DNA from: an uncultured Gammaproteobacteria bacterium
Lineage (GTDB): Bacteria > Patescibacteriota > Microgenomatia > CAYQLK01
Assembly: GCA_964426075.1 (NCBI GenBank)
Contig: CAYROP010000002.1
Coordinates: 1 to 47,345, forward strand
Reading direction: 5' to 3'
DNA length: 47,345 bases
Numbering within the stretch: position 1 is the stretch's first letter; every line of letters begins with the position of its first letter. The position numbers and the translations under genes are program-made. This document shows, piece after piece, positions 8,598 to 16,281 of this stretch. The notes beneath the pieces are model-generated. The model did no database searches. It was not told the origin of the DNA and saw nothing but the letters and a program-made list of their open reading frames with translations.

Positions 8598-8633
8598 GGA
8601 GCTATGTGCAATTTGCACCTCTAGCTCCTTTTT
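8598..8633 (+). terminator. Intrinsic terminator of the PyrF-like gene
   Basis: Stem ggagcta...tagctcc with an inner gtgca/tgcac pair, followed by T5. Confidence 0.7.
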
Positions 8634-8636
8634 CTT

Positions 8637-8665
8637 TTGCAATGCAAGTTTTTTTTCGCTAAAAT
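8637..8665 (+). promoter_or_regulatory. Sigma70-type promoter for the tRNA-Val/tRNA-Leu pair
   Basis: TTGCAA (8637-8642), 17-nt spacer, TAAAAT (8660-8665), about 17 nt before the tRNA 5' end. Confidence 0.5.
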
Positions 8666-8681
8666 CGCCTTTAGTCACCAA

Positions 8682-8755
8682 GGGCACCTAGCTCAGTTGG
8701 TTAGAGCACCCCGTTTACACCGGGGGGGTCGGGGGTTCGAATCCCTCGGTGCCCA
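8682..8755 (+). tRNA. tRNA-Val (anticodon UAC)
   Basis: Acceptor gggcacc/ggtgccc, D arm gctc-agttggtta-gagc, anticodon arm ccccg-ttTACac-cgggg, T arm ggggg-ttcgaat-ccctc. Confidence 0.9.
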
Positions 8756-8811
8756 CACAATTTGTATGATGAGATGTTTGAGGCAAAACCTATATATCTC
8801 AATAAACGCCC

Positions 8812-8895
8812 GGGCGAGTGGCGAAATTGGTAGACGCGCACGCCTTAGGAGCGTGTGGAGTTAAATCCTTGGAGGTTCGAGTCCTCTCTCGCCCA
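8812..8895 (+). tRNA. tRNA-Leu (anticodon UAG), long variable arm
   Basis: Acceptor gggcgag/ctcgccc, anticodon arm cacgc-ctTAGga-gcgtg, long variable arm, T arm ggagg-ttcgagt-cctct. Confidence 0.9.
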
Positions 8896-8966
8896 CAAAA
8901 AACCTACGTTGATAGTGTAAAATCAATAAAGTTACACTAAAAATATTCTTTGCTGCCCAAAAGATA

Positions 8967-10208
8967 ATGATCGAGCCAAAACTGTCCCAGTATATCCAAA
9001 ACCAACACACCCTAGGCACTTCGAACGAAACAATCAAGTCAATTTTATTAAAAGCCGGCTGGCAAGCAAAAGAAGTTGAACTCGCAATTAACGAACTGAC
9101 TCTTCCAGTCGAAAACCAGACCCAACCACGGTCCAAATCTTGGTTATTCAAACATCGCTACTACTCACTAGTTACATTTTTAATACTCACTATTCTCACT
9201 CTGGGTGGTATTTACTTTTATTTACAAACTACCGCCGATATCCGCAAACTAACCGATATTGTCTATAAGTTTTCACTTGCCAAAGATTTTGAAATTAACG
9301 GCGACATAGACTTAACTATTAAAAATGTTAATACATTCAGAGAACTGTCATTTGCTCAACTACGTAATGAAATAATAGAGCCTGCTAACTTTAACTACGG
9401 AATCATAAAGGCCAAATTCAGATCGCGCGTCGACACAAATACCAAAACTGCTGGAGATGATCCTTCACCATTCAATAATAGAAATGAAAAACTAATTGCT
9501 GATGTAACCATTGAAACTCATCTTAGAAACAACCCTCAAGCATTTTCCAAACAAACCTACTCATTTGAACTACTAAATATTAACCAATCAACCTATTTCA
9601 AGCTGTCAGAATATAGTGGCTTTGACAATGAAAAGGTAGCTAGTATTCGTAATCAGTGGCTCAAAATCAACCCGAAAATAATCCGCAGTTCGCTTAATAT
9701 TGCTACCAAAAACGACCTGACTGGCAACGAACAACCTGTTGCAGGTGTCACTGATGAACAAATACAAAAAACCCGCTTGCTACTTGCCAAAAATCCACCC
9801 TTTGACTTCATCAGTACAGGCGAAATCCAACCGCTACTTGAAAACATCGAAATCCAAAGATACCGCTTAAAACTTAATCAACAAAAAATTCAAACTATCC
9901 TTTCACAATCTAGAACAAATTTTGCCGATAACGATCTGGCTATTTCTATAACCAAACTGATAGAGGACTATGCAATTGAATTTTCCAACGCTTCATTCGA
10001 GATTTTAGCCGATACTATTACCAATCTACCCTACCGTCTTGTTGTAACACTTACTCCAGGTAGTTTCCCTGGGCAGTCAAAAATAGAGAATGCATTAATG
10101 GAGATTTCTTTTCAAAATTATCGCCGATCTTTCCCAACTACACCACCAGAAAATTATCTTGACCTTACAATTCCTAAAGAATCAACTTCTTCACCACAAT
10201 TACCCTAA
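8967..10208 (+). CDS. Hypothetical membrane-anchored protein
   Basis: 413-aa ORF with a short cytoplasmic N-domain, one TM helix (YYSLVTFLILTILTLGGIYFYL) and a large extracytoplasmic part. No recognisable motif. Confidence 0.55.
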   Translation: MIEPKLSQYIQNQHTLGTSNETIKSILLKAGWQAKEVELAINELTLPVENQTQPRSKSWLFKHRYYSLVTFLILTILTLGGIYFYLQTTADIRKLTDIVYKFSLAKDFEINGDIDLTIKNVNTFRELSFAQLRNEIIEPANFNYGIIKAKFRSRVDTNTKTAGDDPSPFNNRNEKLIADVTIETHLRNNPQAFSKQTYSFELLNINQSTYFKLSEYSGFDNEKVASIRNQWLKINPKIIRSSLNIATKNDLTGNEQPVAGVTDEQIQKTRLLLAKNPPFDFISTGEIQPLLENIEIQRYRLKLNQQKIQTILSQSRTNFADNDLAISITKLIEDYAIEFSNASFEILADTITNLPYRLVVTLTPGSFPGQSKIENALMEISFQNYRRSFPTTPPENYLDLTIPKESTSSPQLP

Positions 10209-10211
10209 AAA

Positions 10212-10943
10212 CTAATCATTACGAGATTTGAGTTGATCCTCCCAAGCTTTCCACTCAATCTCATCATCCAAATCAATAAACTCTCCCTTGTACCCCTTAA
10301 CCATTAAGATATTTTTAATAATCAAATCAGCCAGATGCGGATTTTTGGCCAAAATCGGTCCATGCAAATAGGTGCCAATTGCGTTATTTACCAAACATCC
10401 CTCCACATCAGACTTAAAATAGTTACCGTTACCAAACTCAACGTCCCCAAACGGCTCTGAAATTTTTGTTAGGGTGGTATAACCAGAATGATTTTCAAAA
10501 CCAACGATCTTTTTGGTTAGTCCTAATTTTGGATTTGGCTTAACCACGACATTTCCAACCAGCCTCACATTGCCAGCTTTAGTGCTAACTGGAAAAACCT
10601 TTAACCCTTCAAGCTTTTCGTTTCCAAATTCATAGTTTTGACCTAACAACTGATAACCTCCACACACAGCCAAAACCGGAACATTGCGTGTAACTATCTC
10701 TTTAAAAAGTACCTTTTTGTTTTTTAACAAATCACTTGCTGCAATTTTCTGGTTACTATCCTGACCTCCACCAAAAAAATAAAAATCAAATTCTTTTTCT
10801 CTTAACTTATAACCGACATCCACGGTTTCGATCCCCACATCAAATCCACGCATTTTTAATCGTTTTGACAACACCAACAAATTACCATCATCACCGTAAG
10901 TGTTCATTATTCTGCCGTACAAATGTGCTAGTCGTATTTTCAT
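10212..10943 (-). CDS. gatD: Lipid II isoglutaminyl synthase, glutamine amidotransferase subunit (CobQ/CobB-type GATase)
   Basis: AVCGGYQLLG nucleophile Cys and YLHGP His motifs, about 240 aa, downstream of a MurT-like gene. Confidence 0.8.
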   Translation of the reverse strand: MKIRLAHLYGRIMNTYGDDGNLLVLSKRLKMRGFDVGIETVDVGYKLREKEFDFYFFGGGQDSNQKIAASDLLKNKKVLFKEIVTRNVPVLAVCGGYQLLGQNYEFGNEKLEGLKVFPVSTKAGNVRLVGNVVVKPNPKLGLTKKIVGFENHSGYTTLTKISEPFGDVEFGNGNYFKSDVEGCLVNNAIGTYLHGPILAKNPHLADLIIKNILMVKGYKGEFIDLDDEIEWKAWEDQLKSRND

Positions 10944-11062
10944 TTTAAAAACCTACGATTGAAGTTTATATATTTGGATTTTAAAACAGGACGTAGTGAA
11001 AATTTATAAAATAACAAGCTGGCCGAAGTTATAAATAAATTTGAATGAGTAACTATTTTCAT
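10940..11062 (-). CDS. Possible 40-aa small ORF translationally coupled to gatD
   Basis: My own translation: MKIVTHSNLFITSASLLFYKFSLRPVLKSKYINFNRRFLK. Its TGA overlaps the gatD ATG (ATGA). It lies inside a repeated initiation-region module. Confidence 0.25.
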   Translation of the reverse strand: MKIVTHSNLFITSASLLFYKFSLRPVLKSKYINFNRRFLK

Positions 11063-11193
11063 TTTTTTAAACCTACATTAAACTTCTTATAAATAATCAA
11101 GGTTTTAAAAAAAGAATGTGTAGATAAAACTGAGATAAAATTTGTTTGAGGCAGAATTTTAGCGAATTTTAGCGAGCAATTATTTTCTTTCAT
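11059..11193 (-). CDS. Possible 44-aa small ORF downstream of murT
   Basis: My own translation: MKENNCSLKFAKILPQTNFISVLSTHSFFKTLIIYKKFNVGLKK. AGGAG lies 3 nt (aat) before the ATG. Its TGA overlaps the ATG of the next small ORF. Confidence 0.3.
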   Translation of the reverse strand: MKENNCSLKFAKILPQTNFISVLSTHSFFKTLIIYKKFNVGLKK

Positions 11194-11226
11194 ATTCTCC
11201 TAAATTAAACTTCTTATAAATAATAA

Positions 11227-12570
11227 CTATTTGCTTCTTTTTTCAAAAATATCCATAGACTCCATTAGTGCTGTATAGGTCGGCAGGTAATAAATCGCAT
11301 CAGTATTTGTCTTAACTGCTTTTTCAAATGCACTCTTAAACCCATCAACTACCATAATTCGCTCTGGCAAGACACCGGCGGATTTAATCCTCAAAGCCAT
11401 ATCCCATTTTCTTTGTCCAGTAATTACAAAGGTAAAAGTCTTAGACCTTAACACAAAATCTTCAAAATCCACATCCCAAATCCATGAAGTATCCCTACCA
11501 TCAGCAATCTTAGAATTAAGACCCAAAATCAAAGTATTGTTTTTATTTTCTTCGACAATTGCCTGTAATGCCTGTGACATACCTGTAGGATTTTTTACCA
11601 AAACGGTTGTTATCTCCTTGCCACCAAAACTCATTTTTTCGTACCTACCAAAAGGCACCTTGAACTCCTTGGTTGCTAAAGCAAAATCATTAACCTTAAC
11701 ATTTAGTAATTCTGCAGCGGCAAATGCAGCTAGTTCATTATAAATATTATAAAAACCTCCACTGATTCGTGGGAGTTTAATAATATTTTTACCTCTCTTT
11801 ACATAAATATGTCCCTGATCAAAATCGATAATTTCATATTCAGCTTTTGGACTTCCAAACTTACATTTTTGACAACTAAACTCTCCTAGGTGTGAATACA
11901 GTGGGCTCTTAAACACTAACTCACCAAAACAGTATGGGCAAGAAATTGCATCTTTGGTCAATTTTTGAGTGCTTGCAGGCAACTTGGTCTTAACTGCAAA
12001 ATATGTAACATTTTCAAAATTTCTAGCAATTGCCACCATATACGGATCATCTGCATTAACAACCAATCTCAAATGTTTCTTTTTTTTAATTGCCTCATAT
12101 ATTTTTTTAGCCGTTGAGTCTATCTCACCATATCGATCAAGTTGATCCCTAAACAAATTAAGCAAAACCACAACATCTGCATTTAAATCCGGCATCATTT
12201 TGGCAAAAGCCGATTCATCAGTCTCCCAAACGGCCATTGTCGATCCAATTTTCCCAAATCCGGACAAATAATTAGCAATTGAGGCAGCCAAACCTCTTTC
12301 CAAATTTGAGCCTGTTTCGTTCGAGATTACTTTCTGTCCTGATTTTCTAATTGCTAAAGTCAAAAGTTTGGTCGTAGTTGTCTTGCCGTTTGTTCCGGTA
12401 ATAAACACACTTCTTTCAAAATATTTATGAGCACGTTTAATTAGCTCAGGGTCGAGTTTTAATGCCACCAATCCAGGTGCTGCTTGTCCCTTACCTTTTC
12501 TTGTCACACCAATAATTTTTGTTGTCAGTTTAGTTGCAGCCGAAACCGCTACAAACTTTACTCTATCCAT
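11227..12570 (-). CDS. murT: Lipid II isoglutaminyl synthase, Mur-ligase-like subunit
   Basis: GTNGKTTT P-loop, four-Cys ribbon (CPYC...CQKC), and a C-terminal domain of MurT type. Paired with gatD. Confidence 0.85.
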   Translation of the reverse strand: MDRVKFVAVSAATKLTTKIIGVTRKGKGQAAPGLVALKLDPELIKRAHKYFERSVFITGTNGKTTTTKLLTLAIRKSGQKVISNETGSNLERGLAASIANYLSGFGKIGSTMAVWETDESAFAKMMPDLNADVVVLLNLFRDQLDRYGEIDSTAKKIYEAIKKKKHLRLVVNADDPYMVAIARNFENVTYFAVKTKLPASTQKLTKDAISCPYCFGELVFKSPLYSHLGEFSCQKCKFGSPKAEYEIIDFDQGHIYVKRGKNIIKLPRISGGFYNIYNELAAFAAAELLNVKVNDFALATKEFKVPFGRYEKMSFGGKEITTVLVKNPTGMSQALQAIVEENKNNTLILGLNSKIADGRDTSWIWDVDFEDFVLRSKTFTFVITGQRKWDMALRIKSAGVLPERIMVVDGFKSAFEKAVKTNTDAIYYLPTYTALMESMDIFEKRSK

Positions 12571-12617
12571 ATCTAACTATTTTACATTTATTGGAATATT
12601 AACCTAAACTATTTTAC

Positions 12618-13229
12618 TCACTCGGTTTCTGACAACTCTGCAAAATATCTCTGTACTCCCTGCGCCCAAGGTCCACCAATCTCAAGCGATGGAGGAGTAT
12701 ATTTTGCCATTATCTGCTCAGGAGTTGTTAAACCTTGATCTAAATAACTTTTCTTTAGCCCTGCTGCCACACTATAAATACCATCTTCCCAGCTATCGAA
12801 CCTCAATACTTGATCTCCATAAATACCCCAACCCCATGCATTATAAGAGTCAACCGGGATTGCCCGTCCACCACCAGATTCCTTCATCGAAATAGCAGGC
12901 AATAATCGCCAGTCTAGTCCATACTTATCAGCAGCTTTAACAAAAACATCTCCGTAAGGGGCAAGGGGAGCCTTGTAGGCTGTTAACCAATTAGTGATAA
13001 TCAATGATCTTGCATCTTCCGACTCAATCGAGTTACTAATCAATTCAACCTGTTCAGGCAAGGCAGCAAACATTCGATAAGGAGACTCAGTTGCTACAAC
13101 TTTTACGGACGACTCGATTGCCCGACTGATATGTTTCGTATGAGAAACTTTGTTCGCGGTAATAATCAAATAAAACAAAAATATTGGCGTGACTGTAAGC
13201 CAACCAACAGCAAGGAGCAGTTTTTTCAT
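12618..13229 (-). CDS. Secreted or anchored lysozyme-like peptidoglycan hydrolase (glucosaminidase or transglycosylase-like)
   Basis: N-terminal TM/signal helix. The AISMKESGGG ... NAWGWG segment resembles the catalytic Glu region of lysozyme-like families. The exact family is uncertain. Confidence 0.5.
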   Translation of the reverse strand: MKKLLLAVGWLTVTPIFLFYLIITANKVSHTKHISRAIESSVKVVATESPYRMFAALPEQVELISNSIESEDARSLIITNWLTAYKAPLAPYGDVFVKAADKYGLDWRLLPAISMKESGGGRAIPVDSYNAWGWGIYGDQVLRFDSWEDGIYSVAAGLKKSYLDQGLTTPEQIMAKYTPPSLEIGGPWAQGVQRYFAELSETE

Positions 13230-13345
13230 CGTTTGTATAGGGGAAAATTAGGGAAATAAAGACTGCTGCCCAATTTTTTAACCCCACACAATTAGTTTCC
13301 CAAAAACTATACTCTTTGTCAATCAATCGAGGCTAAAAGTCCATA

Positions 13346-13374
13346 TTTACACGTGAAAAGACCCATAGTATAAT
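13346..13374 (+). promoter_or_regulatory. Sigma70-type promoter of the HD-domain cassette
   Basis: TTTACA (13346-13351), 17-nt spacer, TATAAT (13369-13374). Confidence 0.55.
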
Positions 13375-13408
13375 ATTGCAAAGTTCCTTCATAAGAATAG
13401 GAGTACGG

Positions 13409-14020
13409 ATGTCCCTCATCGACCGATGGACAGACCTTTGGGAAGCGATGAACTTTTCAAGTCCTCGGACTAACTTCATCGCACTCGTCAGCCGTTACGA
13501 AGATGGCAAACGCGCCTATCACAACATGAAACACATCCAGCACTGTCTCGATGAGCTAGACAAGGTCAGAGAACTGCTCGCCGACCCGCACGCAGCAGAA
13601 CTCGCGCTCTGGATGCATGATGTGATTTACGACCCCAAGCGAGCAGACAACGAAGAACGAAGCGCCGAGTTTGCTCTAAGGTGTCTGATCAGTTCCGGCG
13701 CAGCGCCTCAACTAGTGCTCAAAGTCGTCGCGCACATCCTGGCAACCAAACACCACCGTGTGATCACCAACGATCCCGACCAACCGTTCGTCCTCGACTG
13801 CGACATGGCCATCCTTGGCCAGCCCAATGAGGCCTTTGACCTCTACGACACCCAAATCGCTCAAGAATACGGTTTCGTTCCACAGGAGCGCTATCGCCAA
13901 GGTCGCAGCTCGGTTCTGCAAAACTTCGAGCGCCCGATCTTCAAAACTCCTTTCTTCCGCGACCTCTACGAAGAGGCGGCAGAACTAAACATCAAAAGAG
14001 CCATCCAAAGGCTCAGCTAA
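13409..14020 (+). CDS. HD-domain metal-dependent phosphohydrolase (COG4339-like); GC-rich outlier
   Basis: RAYHNMKH ... LALWMHDVIYDP gives an H...HD pattern. I chose the ATG at 13409 (SD aggag upstream) because the TTG at 13376 lies at or upstream of the predicted transcription start. Confidence 0.7.
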   Translation: MSLIDRWTDLWEAMNFSSPRTNFIALVSRYEDGKRAYHNMKHIQHCLDELDKVRELLADPHAAELALWMHDVIYDPKRADNEERSAEFALRCLISSGAAPQLVLKVVAHILATKHHRVITNDPDQPFVLDCDMAILGQPNEAFDLYDTQIAQEYGFVPQERYRQGRSSVLQNFERPIFKTPFFRDLYEEAAELNIKRAIQRLS

Positions 14021-14033
14021 CACCTCAGCAAAA

Positions 14034-14072
14034 AGCCGTAGCTGGACTAACCAGTCTACGGCTTCTTTTTTT
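14034..14072. terminator. Bidirectional intrinsic terminator between the HD gene and convergent tRNA-Leu(CAG)
   Basis: Stem agccgtagctgg / ccagtctacggct, flanked by an A-run on the left and a T-run on the right. Confidence 0.7.
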
Positions 14073-14073
14073 G

Positions 14074-14157
14074 TGGGCGAGAGAGGACTCGAACCTCCAA
14101 GAGCATAAGCCCACAGCGTTCTGAACACTGCGCGTCTACCAATTTCGCCACTCGCCC
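14074..14157 (-). tRNA. tRNA-Leu (anticodon CAG)
   Basis: The reverse complement gggcgagtggcgaaattggtagacgcg-cagtg-ttCAGaa-cgctg with a long variable arm. The T arm and acceptor are identical to those of the other two tRNA-Leu genes. Confidence 0.9.
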
Positions 14158-14218
14158 AAATATAAATAAATTTCAATAACCACAAAATTCTATCAAAATA
14201 AATTTTTTCTTCCCTAAC

Positions 14219-14248
14219 TTGAAATAAACATACGACCTATAGTATAAT
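14219..14248 (+). promoter_or_regulatory. Sigma70-type promoter of the 145-aa unknown gene
   Basis: TTGAAA (14219-14224), 18-nt spacer, TATAAT (14243-14248). Confidence 0.5.
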
Positions 14249-14304
14249 TACTTAAAGTCCTTTAGGACTAAAGCACATTCTAAATTAAGAGGAGCAGGCT
14301 AGAG

Positions 14305-14742
14305 ATGAATATCGCATCCTTCGCGACCAGGCCAATCGGCGTGACCGGCACCCAGTACGACTGGACGGAATCAACCGAAACCCAGTACTTGGTAAAGGAA
14401 CGCCTCAGGATCGCAGGCGACGTCGCCAGCAACAGGATCGGACTCAGGGTCACTCTCACAACCGGCGAGCAGTTCGCTGGGCAAGAAGCCGTCAACCAGA
14501 TCCCGTATCTGGCCATCTGCTACAAACTCAGCAAAAACCCCGCCAAGCTCGTCGTCCGCGCCGTGATGCTTGATCCCAAGGTCGGACCAAAAGCCAGCTG
14601 CATCGCTGCCATCAACAAATGGCGCGCAATCGAGCAGCGCGATACTGAAAACGGTGAAATGGTCGAAGCCTACTACTTCTACCACGACACCTCGGTCGAC
14701 TGGATCAACTACGAACTGCCCCAGGCAGTACCCGCAGCGTAA
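14305..14742 (+). CDS. Hypothetical protein (145 aa), GC-rich outlier, no recognisable family
   Basis: ATG preceded by aagaggag. C-ending codon bias like the other GC-rich genes. Has its own promoter and terminator. Confidence 0.65.
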   Translation: MNIASFATRPIGVTGTQYDWTESTETQYLVKERLRIAGDVASNRIGLRVTLTTGEQFAGQEAVNQIPYLAICYKLSKNPAKLVVRAVMLDPKVGPKASCIAAINKWRAIEQRDTENGEMVEAYYFYHDTSVDWINYELPQAVPAA

Positions 14743-14765
14743 ACCATTCGCCACACCTTCGCTTT

Positions 14766-14794
14766 GGAGAGCCAGTAAAACGGCTCTCCTTTTT
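14766..14794 (+). terminator. Intrinsic terminator
   Basis: Stem ggagagcc / ggctctcc (8 bp), followed by T5. Confidence 0.7.
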
Positions 14795-14840
14795 CATGGC
14801 AATTTCACCCTTAATTTGCTAAAATTTCACCGCTACTTAT

Positions 14841-14890
14841 AAGGATATGAAAAGAGGATTACTAAGGAGAAACCTTGGTGTTTCCTTAGA
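14841..14890 (+). promoter_or_regulatory. Conserved tRNA 5' leader motif, copy 2
   Basis: The sequence aaggatatgaaaagaggattactaaggagaaaccttggtgtttccttaga ends 5 nt before tRNA-Leu(GAG). Confidence 0.4.
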
Positions 14891-14895
14891 GTTAT

Positions 14896-14979
14896 GGGCG
14901 AGTGGCGAAATTGGTAGACGCGCAGGCTTGAGGGGCTTGTGGAGTCAAATCCTTGGAGGTTCGAGTCCTCTCTCGCCCA
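14896..14979 (+). tRNA. tRNA-Leu (anticodon GAG)
   Basis: Anticodon arm caggc-ttGAGgg-gcttg. The scaffold is identical to those of the other tRNA-Leu genes. Confidence 0.9.
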
Positions 14980-15058
14980 CAAAACATTACCAACACTAAT
15001 TTGAGCACAATTTCTAAAAAATTTAGGGTAAACTTAAAATATTAACGAAAAACTTTTA

Positions 15059-15847
15059 ATGAGTATCAAAACCTTACCACTGATTTTTATATTTACTTTG
15101 ATCGTTAGTATTTTCCCCTACAAAATAGTTTTTGCTCAAACTGAAAATACCCCTTACCAAGACTATCTTTTCAACTACAGTAGATATCAAGCTGAGCTTA
15201 ACAAACTAACCACAGCCAAAGCAGCCTACAAAAAAGATGCCTCACTACAAAATCTCACCAATCTTATTGAAACTACCAAAACAACCTATCTAACAATTGG
15301 CGATACTATGATCGCTTACAATAACTTTTTACAAACCGAAGTCGTTAACACAAATGTCGTTCCACAGGAAACGATGAGTTTTTTTAATACAACACTTAGT
15401 ACGGTTAACACTTGGTACATCGACCAGAAATCGACAATAAACAGTAATCAACCAGACCTTAAAACCATGCAAGCAACAATTAATACCTACCACAAAGCTC
15501 ACGAGCCGATTTTGCTTAAAGTTAATCAACTTAGATTAATTGCCAATTCAGCCAGAATTGCAAAATTTCAAGATGAAGCCAAAATCCTCCTCGCCAAACT
15601 ATTCACATATATAAACAGCAATGTTTCGACCCCTGACCCAAGGCAAGAAATCTGGCGAGCACAAATTATTGAAAAAGTCGACAATACTAACTTGCTAATC
15701 AAACAAAACTTCGAACTTATTCCACAAGTCAACAAATTAACAGGTGGCAACCAAGCCAACAGCCAAATCGTCAAAAATGCAAAGGCAGCGATTGAAAATA
15801 TTAATAAAACAGCTAGCTATCTAAACGAAATCAATAACACACTATGA
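15059..15847 (+). CDS. Hypothetical secreted protein
   Basis: 262 aa with an N-terminal signal-like helix (LPLIFIFTLIVSIFPYKIVFA). Probably helical. First gene of a + strand block with overlapping stops and starts. Confidence 0.55.
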   Translation: MSIKTLPLIFIFTLIVSIFPYKIVFAQTENTPYQDYLFNYSRYQAELNKLTTAKAAYKKDASLQNLTNLIETTKTTYLTIGDTMIAYNNFLQTEVVNTNVVPQETMSFFNTTLSTVNTWYIDQKSTINSNQPDLKTMQATINTYHKAHEPILLKVNQLRLIANSARIAKFQDEAKILLAKLFTYINSNVSTPDPRQEIWRAQIIEKVDNTNLLIKQNFELIPQVNKLTGGNQANSQIVKNAKAAIENINKTASYLNEINNTL

Positions 15848-16281
15848 ACCCAGATTTACTTCCACCAACCAATACAAAACCTACACCTAAAACCGACAAA
15901 CAACCTGTCCAGGCAAGTAATAATTCATCAGAAAACAAAACTTCCGACCCTAAAACAAACACGAGCCAAAACACAACTAAATTTTCGCTTCCCAAAAATC
16001 TTCCTAAGTCAGTTTATTTATTAGTCATACTTGTTACTACCACGATAGTTTTACTTACAATTGCGCTACTTCTACCCAAAAATAACTCTTCAGAAAAAAC
16101 AGCTATTCAAACCGATAATATTCCTGAACCTGAGATATCCGTTTCATTCAGTCAGGAGACCAAACAAACACCCTTCGCTAACGAGATAACCACATTCAAA
16201 CAAAATAGTAACGAATTAGACTATAATTACCCGACTTATAATCTGCCAATTATCGAAACAGAAATTAATTTAAGCAAATGA
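15844..16281 (+). CDS. Hypothetical single-pass membrane protein
   Basis: ATGA overlap with the upstream gene. Low-complexity N-terminus followed by the TM helix VYLLVILVTTTIVLLTIALLL. Confidence 0.5.
   Translation: MNPDLLPPTNTKPTPKTDKQPVQASNNSSENKTSDPKTNTSQNTTKFSLPKNLPKSVYLLVILVTTTIVLLTIALLLPKNNSSEKTAIQTDNIPEPEISVSFSQETKQTPFANEITTFKQNSNELDYNYPTYNLPIIETEINLSK

Noticed and set aside
7421-9151. ORFs 7421..7678 (-), 7855..8154 (-), 8637..8864 (+) and 8861..9151 (-)
   Set aside because: They overlap tRNA-Phe, tRNA-Val or tRNA-Leu, or run antisense to the PyrF-like gene. The tRNA cloverleaves and the PyrF motifs explain this sequence better.
13985-14185. 66-aa ORF on the minus strand
   Set aside because: It is read straight through tRNA-Leu(CAG) and the bidirectional terminator.
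14371-14842. ORFs 14371..14754 (-), 14280..14516 (-) and 14570..14842 (+) overlapping the 145-aa gene
   Set aside because: These are alternative or antisense frames of a GC-rich gene. Only 14305..14742 has an SD (aagaggag), an ATG start, C-ending codon bias and matching promoter and terminator.
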